Below the pieces are notes generated by a model. That model worked only from the letters and a program-made list of their open reading frames with translations, made no database searches and was not told the DNA's origin. A stretch of DNA of 64,000 nt from Candidatus Magasanikbacteria bacterium RIFCSPLOWO2_12_FULL_43_12 (GTDB lineage: Bacteria; Patescibacteriota; Patescibacteriia; Magasanikbacterales; UBA922), in the NCBI GenBank assembly GCA_001783065.1, contig MFQN01000019.1:309-64308 (forward strand), read 5' to 3'. Positions 35,003-43,832 of this stretch are shown here, piece by piece. Both the position numbers and the translations under genes were made by a program. Every line of letters starts with the position of its first letter. Within the stretch, counting starts at the first letter, position 1.

Positions 35003-36364
35003 TGATAGTTTTGTATTTTCTTGTCGGCCAATCGCATAGAAAGCAAATGTCGCGATAAAAATATTTATCGGCGCGCGGTAGCGCGCTGTTACTCCCAAAC
35101 CGACAACGGCGGAAGTTATGGTGAAATAAAAAATTATGAGAAAAGTGAACGATATTTTGTTTTGCAATCTTTCGCGTTTAAGGTATTTTATGATACCAAG
35201 CGCGGCGAAAAGCGTCATTAGAATCCAAAATATGCGCCCGGCTATAACAATAATTGCCGGGCCTCTTATTAGTCCGCCAATTATACTTAGGGCAATTCTT
35301 GGTGATTGAATTATTTTAAAAACAGGAATGGCCGGCAGGTTGGCGTCTAATCCTAAATCCCCAAGAATATCACGATACCCATCCTGGGTAAATAACGAAA
35401 CGACAGTTAAGACGATAACTTTGGTCGTGTCATATGGAGGCATTTTTTTAAGAATCTCTATTGATCGTTGTGTAAAATGATTGGCGGTCTTTAGGTCAAT
35501 TATCGTCAGGTCAGATATTTTTTCTTCAGCAAAGAATTTATTTTTTGCTTCATTGTAACTAATATTATTTTTAAGCGCCAGTATTGATGGTATGAAATAG
35601 CCATATAGATTATTGGCTGAAGTAGCCGCGAGAGCGGGACTTCCGAATAAACGGGAATTTCGGTAAAGCCACGGAGAAAGCATCATAACAAAAATCACCA
35701 AGAATCCAAGCATACGCCAAAAGACGCGAATGGTAATTTTTTTTCTAAAAATCCAGATAATTAAGGCAACAATAATTACCGGTAGATATTGCGTTATCGG
35801 CCGAGTCAGAGTCGTGAGTCCTAAAAGGACAGCACTCACAGCAAGATAAGAAAATTTTTCATTTTTTAAATAATTATAGAAAGCTAAAAGAAAACCGAAG
35901 AAAAGCGTTAAAAATAATGTTTCTGTTAAGAGCACGCTGGTGAGCCTGATCAACAGTGGTTCAATCGCAAAAAAAATACCGACGCCGATAGCTATTTTTT
36001 CATTGTTCATTATGTGGTAGCTTATTCTCTTAGCCAGCAACGCCAAAATACTCCCCATGATAATTTGGGAGATGATGACCGCCAAATCTGACCCGAATAG
36101 CTTGAAATTGGCGGCTATAAATAGGGGATAAAGCGGCGTGCGCCACGAATCCGGCGTGTATGGCTCTGTAGTCGCTCCAGAAAACCCGTGGCCGGAAAGG
36201 ATATTGTGGGCTATTTCGTAATAACTTTCTGATTTCCAAATGGTGCCAAGGAGACTGTTGTCGTGCGTCGCCATGTTAATCCAAAAATAACCAACCCGCA
36301 GTATAATCGCCAGCGCGACAATCGCTATTTCGATTTTTTGATTTCTTGAAAATTTAATGCCCAT
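34958..36364 (-). CDS. Polytopic membrane glycosyltransferase, PMT_2 / ArnT-like
   Basis: SESYYEIAHNILSGHGFS...RTPLYPLFIAANFKLFG is the PMT_2 signature loop. It is a paralog of 11608-13005. Confidence 0.6.
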   Translation of the reverse strand: MGIKFSRNQKIEIAIVALAIILRVGYFWINMATHDNSLLGTIWKSESYYEIAHNILSGHGFSGATTEPYTPDSWRTPLYPLFIAANFKLFGSDLAVIISQIIMGSILALLAKRISYHIMNNEKIAIGVGIFFAIEPLLIRLTSVLLTETLFLTLFFGFLLAFYNYLKNEKFSYLAVSAVLLGLTTLTRPITQYLPVIIVALIIWIFRKKITIRVFWRMLGFLVIFVMMLSPWLYRNSRLFGSPALAATSANNLYGYFIPSILALKNNISYNEAKNKFFAEEKISDLTIIDLKTANHFTQRSIEILKKMPPYDTTKVIVLTVVSLFTQDGYRDILGDLGLDANLPAIPVFKIIQSPRIALSIIGGLIRGPAIIVIAGRIFWILMTLFAALGIIKYLKRERLQNKISFTFLIIFYFTITSAVVGLGVTARYRAPINIFIATFAFYAIGRQENTKLSSLKPIKVESPGLMK

Positions 36365-37454
36365 CGAAAAATTTATTGATGTGTCTGCAAACAGTTATCA
36401 CGTCTTCGTCTGCCATAGTAAAAGAAGAAGGTAGCCAAAAAGAGAGAGGTGATATTTTTGTACTGCTTGCAAACCGTTCGTCTGGCATTTTAAAAGCGGT
36501 CTGTCGGTGAATTGGCAGCCAAAATTCACGGCATTCAATATTCTGGGATAGCAAATAGTTAATGAGGGTGTCGCGTTTTTCTGTCCAGGCGTCAATCCAA
36601 AGCGGGAGTTCGCCTTCCGCGATATTAAAAGGAAACAGATTAACGGTGTTTGGTTTCAAATTTTCTTTGTACAATTTATAGGCGCGTTTTATCCGATCCA
36701 TCCTGAACGCAACTTTATTTAGCTGTCCCAAGCCAACAGCGGCTTGTAAATTGGTGTATTTGAAATTATAACCAATACTTTGATGGATATCGTCTCCCCC
36801 GGTTCCTTTTACCGGCCGCCCATGGTCTTTTAATTTAACCAGTTCTTCAAAAAGTGCGTCATCATCAGTAACAATTATGCCTCCTTGCCCTGTAGAGACC
36901 ATTTTAAAGGGCGACAAAGAGTAACAGCCGGCCTTTCCTATGGTACCCAAATACCGACCGTTCTGTTTGGACATGAACGCCGCAGCCGCGTCTTCTACTA
37001 CCAACAAGTTATGTTTCTTCGCAAGTTCTAAAATTTTAACCATGTCTGCCCCGCGGCCGCTCACATGCACAGGCACAATTGCCTTTGTTTTGGTAGTTAC
37101 CGATCGTTCGGCCGCCTCTATATCTATAGTCAGGGTTTGTGGATTAACATCTACGAGAACAACATTAGCGCCAGTCAGCTCCACTGCGTGGGCCGTAGCG
37201 ATAAACGTCATGTTTGGCACCAGGACTTCATCTCCGGTTCCTACTCTAAGCCCCTTGAGAGCCAAAAATATGCCCATTGTGCAACTGGTTACTGCCAATG
37301 CGTGTTTGGCGTTTACCATCGTTGCCCAACGTTCTTCAAACTGATCAGTTACATTTCCATCATTTAAGTAATTTTCTGTTAATACTTTCAAAACTAAATT
37401 TTTTTCCTCCTCGTCAACCATCGGTTGATACCAAGGGATTTTGCAATTAGCCAT
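36354..37454 (-). CDS. DegT/DnrJ/EryC1/StrS-family PLP-dependent sugar aminotransferase
   Basis: KIPWYQPMVDEEEKN N-terminus and LSPFKMVSTGQGG with the Schiff-base Lys. The ORF is open to 37502; ATG at 37454 (MANCKIP) is chosen by family N-terminus pattern. Confidence 0.8.
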   Translation of the reverse strand: MANCKIPWYQPMVDEEEKNLVLKVLTENYLNDGNVTDQFEERWATMVNAKHALAVTSCTMGIFLALKGLRVGTGDEVLVPNMTFIATAHAVELTGANVVLVDVNPQTLTIDIEAAERSVTTKTKAIVPVHVSGRGADMVKILELAKKHNLLVVEDAAAAFMSKQNGRYLGTIGKAGCYSLSPFKMVSTGQGGIIVTDDDALFEELVKLKDHGRPVKGTGGDDIHQSIGYNFKYTNLQAAVGLGQLNKVAFRMDRIKRAYKLYKENLKPNTVNLFPFNIAEGELPLWIDAWTEKRDTLINYLLSQNIECREFWLPIHRQTAFKMPDERFASSTKISPLSFWLPSSFTMADEDVITVCRHINKFFDGH

Positions 37455-37561
37455 AATTAATTTGCTTATAGCGAATCTTACACCCCCTTGCCAAGGGCGC
37501 AAAGTTTAGTTATAATTAATGTTATTATAAGTTAAGCACAGAAAACTGTCAATTTGAGGGG

Positions 37562-37567
37562 TATAAT
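37562..37567 (+). promoter_or_regulatory. -10 hexamer TATAAT upstream of the FdtA-like gene
   Basis: gggGTATAATg is 20 nt upstream of ATG 37588. The -35 is weak. Confidence 0.3.
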
Positions 37568-37587
37568 GTAAAAAAAGCATTGCCGAT

Positions 37588-37974
37588 ATGCAAAAAATAA
37601 TTAAGGTTTTTACGCGTCATGACAAGAGGGGAATTTTTTTGGAATATTTCAATAGTAAAACGGGCTGGCAATCCATTAATGGCGGTTTTATGAAAAAGGG
37701 TTCAATTATTGGTAATCATTATCACAAGAAATGTCTAACAATGTTTTTCGTGATGTCCGGCTCCGCAATGATTTTTTATAAAAACATTAACAGTCCAAGA
37801 AGTAAAACTAAAAAATTTATTCTGTCCAAGTCTCAAGGTTGTATATTCAAACCATATGAAACTCATGCCGTAAAATTTTTAGAAGGATCAAGCTTTGTTC
37901 TACTAAAAACAAGAAAATTTAGTGAAAAAAATAAAGATATTTTTAAAGCCCCGCTTATTAAAAAACCTGGCTAA
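37588..37974 (+). CDS. Cupin-fold NDP-4-keto-6-deoxyhexose 3,4-ketoisomerase-like (FdtA/QdtA/WxcM-C family)
   Basis: IGNHYHKKCLTMFFVMSG matches the R/GxHxHK...(Q/E) signature of FdtA-type isomerases. 128 aa. Confidence 0.55.
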   Translation: MQKIIKVFTRHDKRGIFLEYFNSKTGWQSINGGFMKKGSIIGNHYHKKCLTMFFVMSGSAMIFYKNINSPRSKTKKFILSKSQGCIFKPYETHAVKFLEGSSFVLLKTRKFSEKNKDIFKAPLIKKPG

Positions 37975-37997
37975 CATCACATTTTATTTTAGAGATT

Positions 37998-38576
37998 ATG
38001 AAAAAACAATTGTCAGACGAGTCAAGCGCTGGTTATGATTATTCCAAACTTAAATCATTCGGAGAAGACGTTTTTATTAGTAATGATATAGAGCTTCGCC
38101 GGCCCAATTTATTAGAAGTTGGTAGCCATATACGTATAGATTGCGGCCTTTATTTAACCCCGCCGGCCGAGATCGGAAGTTATATTCATATTGGACCATA
38201 TGTTACAGTAATTGGGGGGCCTAAAAGCATACTGAAGATTGGCAGTTTTATTACGATTGGAGCCGGTAGTAAAATATTGTGCGGTTCAGATAATTTTTCA
38301 GGAGACGGCCTTGTTAGCGCGCCGGGGATTCCTTTTGAATATACTAGCGTAAATTTTACCCATGTAACGTTAGAAGATTTTTCAAACCTATGTGTAAATT
38401 CTGTTGTATTGCCCGGCGTGACCATTGGTGAGGGGTCGGTAATCGGGGCGTGCGCATTGGTTACGAAAGACACTGAACCGTGGACTGTTTACATGGGCGT
38501 ACCCGCCCGGCCTGTTAAAAAAAGGAATAAAGAAAAAATGATAGAATTAGCGCGCAAACTCGGCTATTCGCCGTAA
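37998..38576 (+). CDS. Left-handed beta-helix (hexapeptide-repeat) sugar N-acyltransferase (FdtC/QdtC/WxcM-N-like)
   Basis: Repeating [LIV]-G-x-x-x-x hexapeptides (IGSYIHIGPYVTVIGG, IGSFITIGAGSKI, IGEGSVIGACALV). Confidence 0.75.
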   Translation: MKKQLSDESSAGYDYSKLKSFGEDVFISNDIELRRPNLLEVGSHIRIDCGLYLTPPAEIGSYIHIGPYVTVIGGPKSILKIGSFITIGAGSKILCGSDNFSGDGLVSAPGIPFEYTSVNFTHVTLEDFSNLCVNSVVLPGVTIGEGSVIGACALVTKDTEPWTVYMGVPARPVKKRNKEKMIELARKLGYSP

Positions 38577-38605
38577 CAACCAATTTAAATTTTTACTTTT
38601 ATGAT

Positions 38606-39805
38606 ATGAGAATAGTTTTTTTAACTTCAAAAATGAATTTTTCCTCGTCCGGTGGTTCTGTGGAAGAACTAGACATTATCATTCGTACTTTACAAAAGTT
38701 TGGCAATGACGTTGTCGTAGTGACTGCATTTTCTAAAAATAATCAAATTCCTCATAATTTACCATATAAAATAGTAGAGGAGAATATATCAGCGACAGAT
38801 CTGCTTGGTATTCAATTGGCTGCCATAAAGCTTTTGAAGAAATACGAAACGCAAGCTGACTTTTTTCATATTGATGGACATTTATTTTTATATGGAGCCG
38901 GGATATATCGCAGATTAAAAGGAAGCGTTCCTGTGGCAGCGTTGTTTAATTCATATTTGGCAGGTTTACCGGATAATCTTATTACCTCTTTTGCATATCC
39001 TACTGACGGTTTAATAGGTAAAATTAAAAAGAAAATCCGTTATTTAGCAGAACGTTATCTTGGTATGTGGTTGGCTAAGTCCATAGATTTATGCGCCTTT
39101 GTGAGTCCTCCGTTACAAAAGGTTTACGAAAATTTTGGTCTGCGGGCCAAACGTCACATGGTCATTGGCGACCTGATTGATTTTGATAGCTTAAAAAAGG
39201 AAAATAACATCTTTTGCGGATGTTATTCGGAACGCAAAAGTCAAGATGGGCTGATTAAAATTTTGTTTTCCAGTCGTATGATTCGAGGCAAAGGTTTTGA
39301 TTTGTTGCTTGATGGTTTTTCTCTAGTTAAAGATAAACACAAATTTCGACTAATTATTGGCGGATCTGGTCCGGATGAGCACTTCGTCGTCGAGAGGATA
39401 AAAAAGTTATCGCTTGAACCTTATGTTGAAATTCCAGGCTGGGTAGCTAAGGAAAAATTATTTGATTATTACAGACAAGCCGATATCTTTGCGCAGGTTG
39501 GCTGGAAGCCGGAAGGAACTTCTATTTCACTTCTGTACGCCATGTTATTTGGCATTCCATCGATTTTACCGCGCGGAGGCGGGTTAGAATGGCAGGCCGG
39601 CAACTGCGCTATTTATGTCAACAATGGCAATCCAGAAGAGTTGGCGTCAGCGATTGAGTTGCTGGGAAATGATGAAAGTCTAAGAAAAAAGCTTTCTGAC
39701 GAGTGTTACAATAGGATTGGAAGAGAGCAGTTTAATTGCGATAAAATGGTTGGTTATCTCTTTAACGAAATTGAGAAGATAAACAAACGATCTAAAATTA
39801 CCTAG
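38606..39805 (+). CDS. Family 4 (GT-B) glycosyltransferase
   Basis: The C-terminal domain has the EX7E-type motif (EGTSISLLYAMLFGIPSILPRGGGLEWQ). 399 aa. Confidence 0.7.
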   Translation: MRIVFLTSKMNFSSSGGSVEELDIIIRTLQKFGNDVVVVTAFSKNNQIPHNLPYKIVEENISATDLLGIQLAAIKLLKKYETQADFFHIDGHLFLYGAGIYRRLKGSVPVAALFNSYLAGLPDNLITSFAYPTDGLIGKIKKKIRYLAERYLGMWLAKSIDLCAFVSPPLQKVYENFGLRAKRHMVIGDLIDFDSLKKENNIFCGCYSERKSQDGLIKILFSSRMIRGKGFDLLLDGFSLVKDKHKFRLIIGGSGPDEHFVVERIKKLSLEPYVEIPGWVAKEKLFDYYRQADIFAQVGWKPEGTSISLLYAMLFGIPSILPRGGGLEWQAGNCAIYVNNGNPEELASAIELLGNDESLRKKLSDECYNRIGREQFNCDKMVGYLFNEIEKINKRSKIT

Positions 39806-40793
39806 ACAAATTAATTATATCATTTTGCACCATAATTTTTACCAATTCTTTAAAGGCAGTTTTTGGCTTCCAGCCCAATATTTTACGGGCCTTGGATGCG
39901 TCTCCGCAAAGACAATCAACCTCGTTTGGTCTTTTGTATTTTTCATCAATTTTCAAAACTCTAGTCCAGTCTAGACCGGCGGCTTTGCATGCTTCAACTA
40001 AAAATTCTTTTACCGAATGAGTTTCTCCGGTTGCGATTACAAAATCATCCGGTTTATTTTGTTGGAGAATTTTCCACATTGCCTCAACGTACTCTGGAGC
40101 GTAACCCCAATCACGTTTGGCGTCTACATTTCCCAATTTAATATATTTTTCTTTTCCAGCCAGGATATCTCTGATGCCAAGGGTGATTTTTCTAGTTACA
40201 AAACTTTCTCCGCGGCGTTCCGACTCGTGGTTGAAAAGGATGCCGTTGGAAATAAACATGCCGTAACTTTCACGGTAAATTCGCGCGATCTCAAAACCAT
40301 AAAGCTTGGCTGCTCCGTATGGGCTTTTTGGCTTAAATGGCGTCAATTCATTCTGGGGAGCTTCTTTGGGGTCGCCGGAATAGAGTTCGGAAGTGGATGC
40401 TTGATAAATTTTTGACTTTAGATTCAGAGCTCTAACCGATTCCAACAGGTTCAAAACTCCAATACCGCTGGTTTGCGCGGTGTAAAGCGGAGTTTCAAAC
40501 GAGACCTTAACATGAGACTGCGCCGCTAAATTATATATTTCATCAGGTTTAACTTTTGCTAAAATATTGGTGATGGATACGGAATCGGTCATGTCGCCAT
40601 AGTGCATAAGCAAATTTTTGTTGTGCGGAAAATCCGCTGTAACTTCCAATCTTTCATAATTATAAAGAATAGAATTTCTGCGGACAAAACCGTGTACTTT
40701 ATACCCTTTGGACAATAACAGTTCGGCAAGATATGAGCCATCTTGTCCGGTGATACCCGTAATAAAAGCGATTTTTTGTTTAGGCATAAACAT
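39798..40793 (-). CDS. gmd: GDP-mannose 4,6-dehydratase
   Basis: IAFITGITGQDGSYLAELLLSKGYKVHGFVRRNS is the canonical Gmd N-terminus, and YGAAKLYGFEIARIYRESYGMF carries the YxxxK. Confidence 0.9.
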   Translation of the reverse strand: MFMPKQKIAFITGITGQDGSYLAELLLSKGYKVHGFVRRNSILYNYERLEVTADFPHNKNLLMHYGDMTDSVSITNILAKVKPDEIYNLAAQSHVKVSFETPLYTAQTSGIGVLNLLESVRALNLKSKIYQASTSELYSGDPKEAPQNELTPFKPKSPYGAAKLYGFEIARIYRESYGMFISNGILFNHESERRGESFVTRKITLGIRDILAGKEKYIKLGNVDAKRDWGYAPEYVEAMWKILQQNKPDDFVIATGETHSVKEFLVEACKAAGLDWTRVLKIDEKYKRPNEVDCLCGDASKARKILGWKPKTAFKELVKIMVQNDIINLSR

Positions 40794-42291
40794 TTTTAAA
40801 AGTAAATTTTTTCATTATTAATTCGGCCAGCGGTTCCAGACCGGCTTTTCGTTTTTCACTGTCTGTTTCTTTTTCCCAAAGATAACTTAACGGCACATCC
40901 ACCGATTCTTCAAAAATGGCGGCAATAAGTCGTGACAGTTCATTTTCATCAAATTTAAAGTTTTCTAATTGTTCTTTCACTAAATAAGGCATTTCTTCGG
41001 GGGTCTTGCAATGCTTTACAAAAGACAGCTGGTTATAAAAAATATTCCCAAAGGTTATAACCGGCTTTTTTAAAAGCGTTCCTTCCCAGCCCACAGAACC
41101 GGAAATTGTCGTGATAAGTTTGGCGTTGAGAATAAGCTCAAAGCTGGTTACCGCCGGGTTGATAAGCCGCACATTCGGCGTTTTTTTTATTTCTTTATAG
41201 AAAGAACGCGGTCGATAAACCACCATCATTGGATGTTCTTTTACGTAAAGTTTGTAACCTACCGGCAATGATCTGGCGATCAGTTTAATTAAGTGAATCT
41301 GGTCTGTAAAAAACGGAGCATACAGCAGGGTGGCGATTTCCGGTTCAACATGAAGAGGGTAAAAAGCGAAATCTTCATTTGGGATAGACTGATCATACAG
41401 ATCGTTAATCCCGATTAAATTTCTGATTTTTCTTTTAAAAGAGTCTTTTAGGTAATTCCAAGGCCCGATATAGTCATAATCGTGGCGATCTTTTTTGGAA
41501 TAATGCTCATAAAAATTTTTTGCCAGTGAAAAAATATTATTCTTTAAATTTTTTGGCAGCAAAAATTGAAATTGTTTCGCGCGCTGAAGAGGCTGTTTGC
41601 TTGGATGAGCCGGCTCGTAATGCGGATGCGGCGCGGAACGAAAATTTTCAAGAAATAATTTAGCTTTTTCCAAAACGGTTTCGGGAATTATATTTTTTTC
41701 TAAATAGCTATTCGCAGTTTCTTTAACATAAGAAAAGTCATCATATTTTTCGCTTAAAAGATAAGAATTTTTTATGTAAGAAGGATGGATTACAAAAGTT
41801 TTTATTCCCATTTTCTTCGCCATATGAAAGAGAAGCATGCTTCCCATGGCGGCGACCGCGGAAAAAACAATAAAATCCGGTTTTTCGGTTTTTAAAAAGT
41901 TTAAAATTGTTTTTGCCTTAATCTGCAGGATTCTTAAAATTTCTTCGTAATTATAAGGCGATTTATCGTAAGGGTACTCCCGCACCAATTGATTTGACAT
42001 TATTACTCGGTCGATTGCGATATATGGCCAGAGATTCGGTATGCCATAGTCTTTTTCCATTTTTTTTAAAAAGTCCAAGTCAAGCTTGGTATTTTTAAAT
42101 TCTTCATGTATATCTTCATCAAGAAGCAAAGATGAATAGTCTATATCCTTTTGGTTTTTGAGGAAATCATGGCTCGAACGCAAATTGACAAAGCCGCAAA
42201 ATTGTTCGACTCTGTACTTATTTTTGAGAATAATTGCCAAAATATGGCCAAGATAAGCGAAATTTCTCTGTAATAAAAAACACGCTTTCAT
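40780..42291 (-). CDS. Capsule polysaccharide biosynthesis (Capsule_synth, KpsC/KpsS/LpsZ-like) family protein; candidate ulosonic-acid glycosyltransferase
   Basis: It has a conserved KEHP block (LYVKEHPMMVVYRP...NVRLINPAVTSFELI...SGSVGWEGTLLKKPVITFG). It is a paralog of 45636-47072. Confidence 0.45.
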   Translation of the reverse strand: MKACFLLQRNFAYLGHILAIILKNKYRVEQFCGFVNLRSSHDFLKNQKDIDYSSLLLDEDIHEEFKNTKLDLDFLKKMEKDYGIPNLWPYIAIDRVIMSNQLVREYPYDKSPYNYEEILRILQIKAKTILNFLKTEKPDFIVFSAVAAMGSMLLFHMAKKMGIKTFVIHPSYIKNSYLLSEKYDDFSYVKETANSYLEKNIIPETVLEKAKLFLENFRSAPHPHYEPAHPSKQPLQRAKQFQFLLPKNLKNNIFSLAKNFYEHYSKKDRHDYDYIGPWNYLKDSFKRKIRNLIGINDLYDQSIPNEDFAFYPLHVEPEIATLLYAPFFTDQIHLIKLIARSLPVGYKLYVKEHPMMVVYRPRSFYKEIKKTPNVRLINPAVTSFELILNAKLITTISGSVGWEGTLLKKPVITFGNIFYNQLSFVKHCKTPEEMPYLVKEQLENFKFDENELSRLIAAIFEESVDVPLSYLWEKETDSEKRKAGLEPLAELIMKKFTFKNVYA

Positions 42292-42296
42292 AAATA

Positions 42297-42325
42297 TTGA
42301 CTTTAATTCAGGTTTAGTCTAAAAT
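42297..42325 (+). promoter_or_regulatory. sigma70-type promoter TTGACT-N17-TAAAAT driving the + strand B12-rSAM/ABC operon
   Basis: -35 at 42297-42302, -10 at 42320-42325, spacer 17 nt. The predicted start is ~80 nt upstream of ATG 42410. Confidence 0.5.
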
Positions 42326-42335
42326 AAGCCCATAT

Positions 42336-42364
42336 ATTATATAGATTTGCCCCACGGAAGTCAA
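42336..42364 (-). promoter_or_regulatory. sigma70-type promoter TTGACT-N17-TATAAT on the minus strand driving the Capsule_synth gene
   Basis: The reverse complement reads TTGACT(42364-42359)-N17-TATAAT(42341-42336). It is interleaved with the + strand promoter, forming a near-symmetric 68-bp element. Confidence 0.5.
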
Positions 42365-42409
42365 ATTTGTTTTATTTGTAAGAGTTGAGTTTTTAGCCAA
42401 TATATATCT

Positions 42410-43831
42410 ATGGAAAATATAGAGAGAAATATGAAAATTTTAGTGATAAATGTTTGTTTAAGGCCGTATAAACCGCAGATTATGTTTCCTTTGGGTTTAT
42501 CATACGTGGTAGGCGCCATTCAAAGAGCCGGATATGATTTTGAGATGTTGGATTTGGATAGAGACCGTAAATCGGAAGAGGAAATCAAGAGTTTTTTAAC
42601 AAGCGCCACGTTTGATGTCGTGGCGCTTGGTTGCATCGCGACTGGCTACAAGACGGTCAAAAACTTAACTCGGATAATCAGAGAGGTTAAAAAAGGCGCG
42701 GTAATTATTGTCGGCAATTCGGTGGCGGATTCAATTCCGAAATTATTATTGGAAAAAACCGAGGCAGATGTCGCGGTTATCGGGGAAGGAGAAATAACCA
42801 TTGTTGAGGTTCTTGACAAGATAAAAAATGCTGAATCACTGGCAGGGGTTAAAGGCATTTGGTATAAAGAAAAAAATGAAATTTTTAGCAACCCGCCGCG
42901 GGAAGTAATTAAAGATATTAACTCCATTTCGTTTCCCGGGTGGGATAGTTTTGATATGGAGGCTTATATTGTGGCCGCGAGAGAGCTTATCAATGACCCG
43001 CCTCCAATTCCGAAGGACGGCATTAGGGCGTTTATGGTTAATTTCGCTCGGGGTTGTCCGTTTAAATGTTCTTTCTGTTACCAAGTTTTTCAACGCAACG
43101 GTTATCGTTTTAGGTCAACCGATTCTGTGCTGGAGGAAATTAAAGAATTGCAAAATAGATATAAAATTAATTATATCATGTTTAATGATGATTTATCTTT
43201 TTTGACCAAAAAACAGGTTGAAGATTTTGTGGACAGGGTTTTAGTGGAAAAATTAAAATTTTTTTGGACCGCCATTTGCCGTTCCAATTTGTTTAATTCG
43301 GAAAATGACGTAGAGTTGCTAAAAAAAATCAAATCTGCGGGGTGCATTGGTTTTGGCTATTCGCTTGAGTCTGCCAACGAAGAGATCCGTCGCTCAATGA
43401 ATAAAATGTTGGATTTAAAAAGTTTTGCCATGCAGAAGAGGCTATTGGATAAGGCCGACCTATCCAGTTGGACGAGTTTGGTTTTCGGCTATCCTCAAGA
43501 GACCAAAGAGACGATTAAGGAAACGATGGATCTTTGCTATGACCTCGGCATCTATCCAAGTAGTGGGTATCTCCTCCCCATGCCAATGACTCCGATGTAT
43601 GATTATATTTTTAAGAATGGGATGGTAAAGGATGAAGAAGCGTATGTTTTGTCGCTCGGGGATCGTCAAGATTTAAGAATTAATTTAACCAAAATGTCCG
43701 ATAGTGAATTTCAGGAAGAAATAAAGAAACATTTAGAGCGCATATCAGAAAAATTACATTTAGGGCTGAAAGGGGATGAGCTGATTAAAACCACGAATTA
43801 TAAGTCGGATCAATCTAAAATTAAACAATAG
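42410..43831 (+). CDS. Cobalamin-binding radical SAM enzyme (class B rSAM)
   Basis: B12-binding N-terminal domain (KILVINVCL...FPLGLSYVVGAIQRAGYDFEMLDLD, VIGEGE) and FARGCPFKCSFC (CX3CX2C). 473 aa. Confidence 0.8.
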   Translation: MENIERNMKILVINVCLRPYKPQIMFPLGLSYVVGAIQRAGYDFEMLDLDRDRKSEEEIKSFLTSATFDVVALGCIATGYKTVKNLTRIIREVKKGAVIIVGNSVADSIPKLLLEKTEADVAVIGEGEITIVEVLDKIKNAESLAGVKGIWYKEKNEIFSNPPREVIKDINSISFPGWDSFDMEAYIVAARELINDPPPIPKDGIRAFMVNFARGCPFKCSFCYQVFQRNGYRFRSTDSVLEEIKELQNRYKINYIMFNDDLSFLTKKQVEDFVDRVLVEKLKFFWTAICRSNLFNSENDVELLKKIKSAGCIGFGYSLESANEEIRRSMNKMLDLKSFAMQKRLLDKADLSSWTSLVFGYPQETKETIKETMDLCYDLGIYPSSGYLLPMPMTPMYDYIFKNGMVKDEEAYVLSLGDRQDLRINLTKMSDSEFQEEIKKHLERISEKLHLGLKGDELIKTTNYKSDQSKIKQ

Positions 43832-43832
43832 T

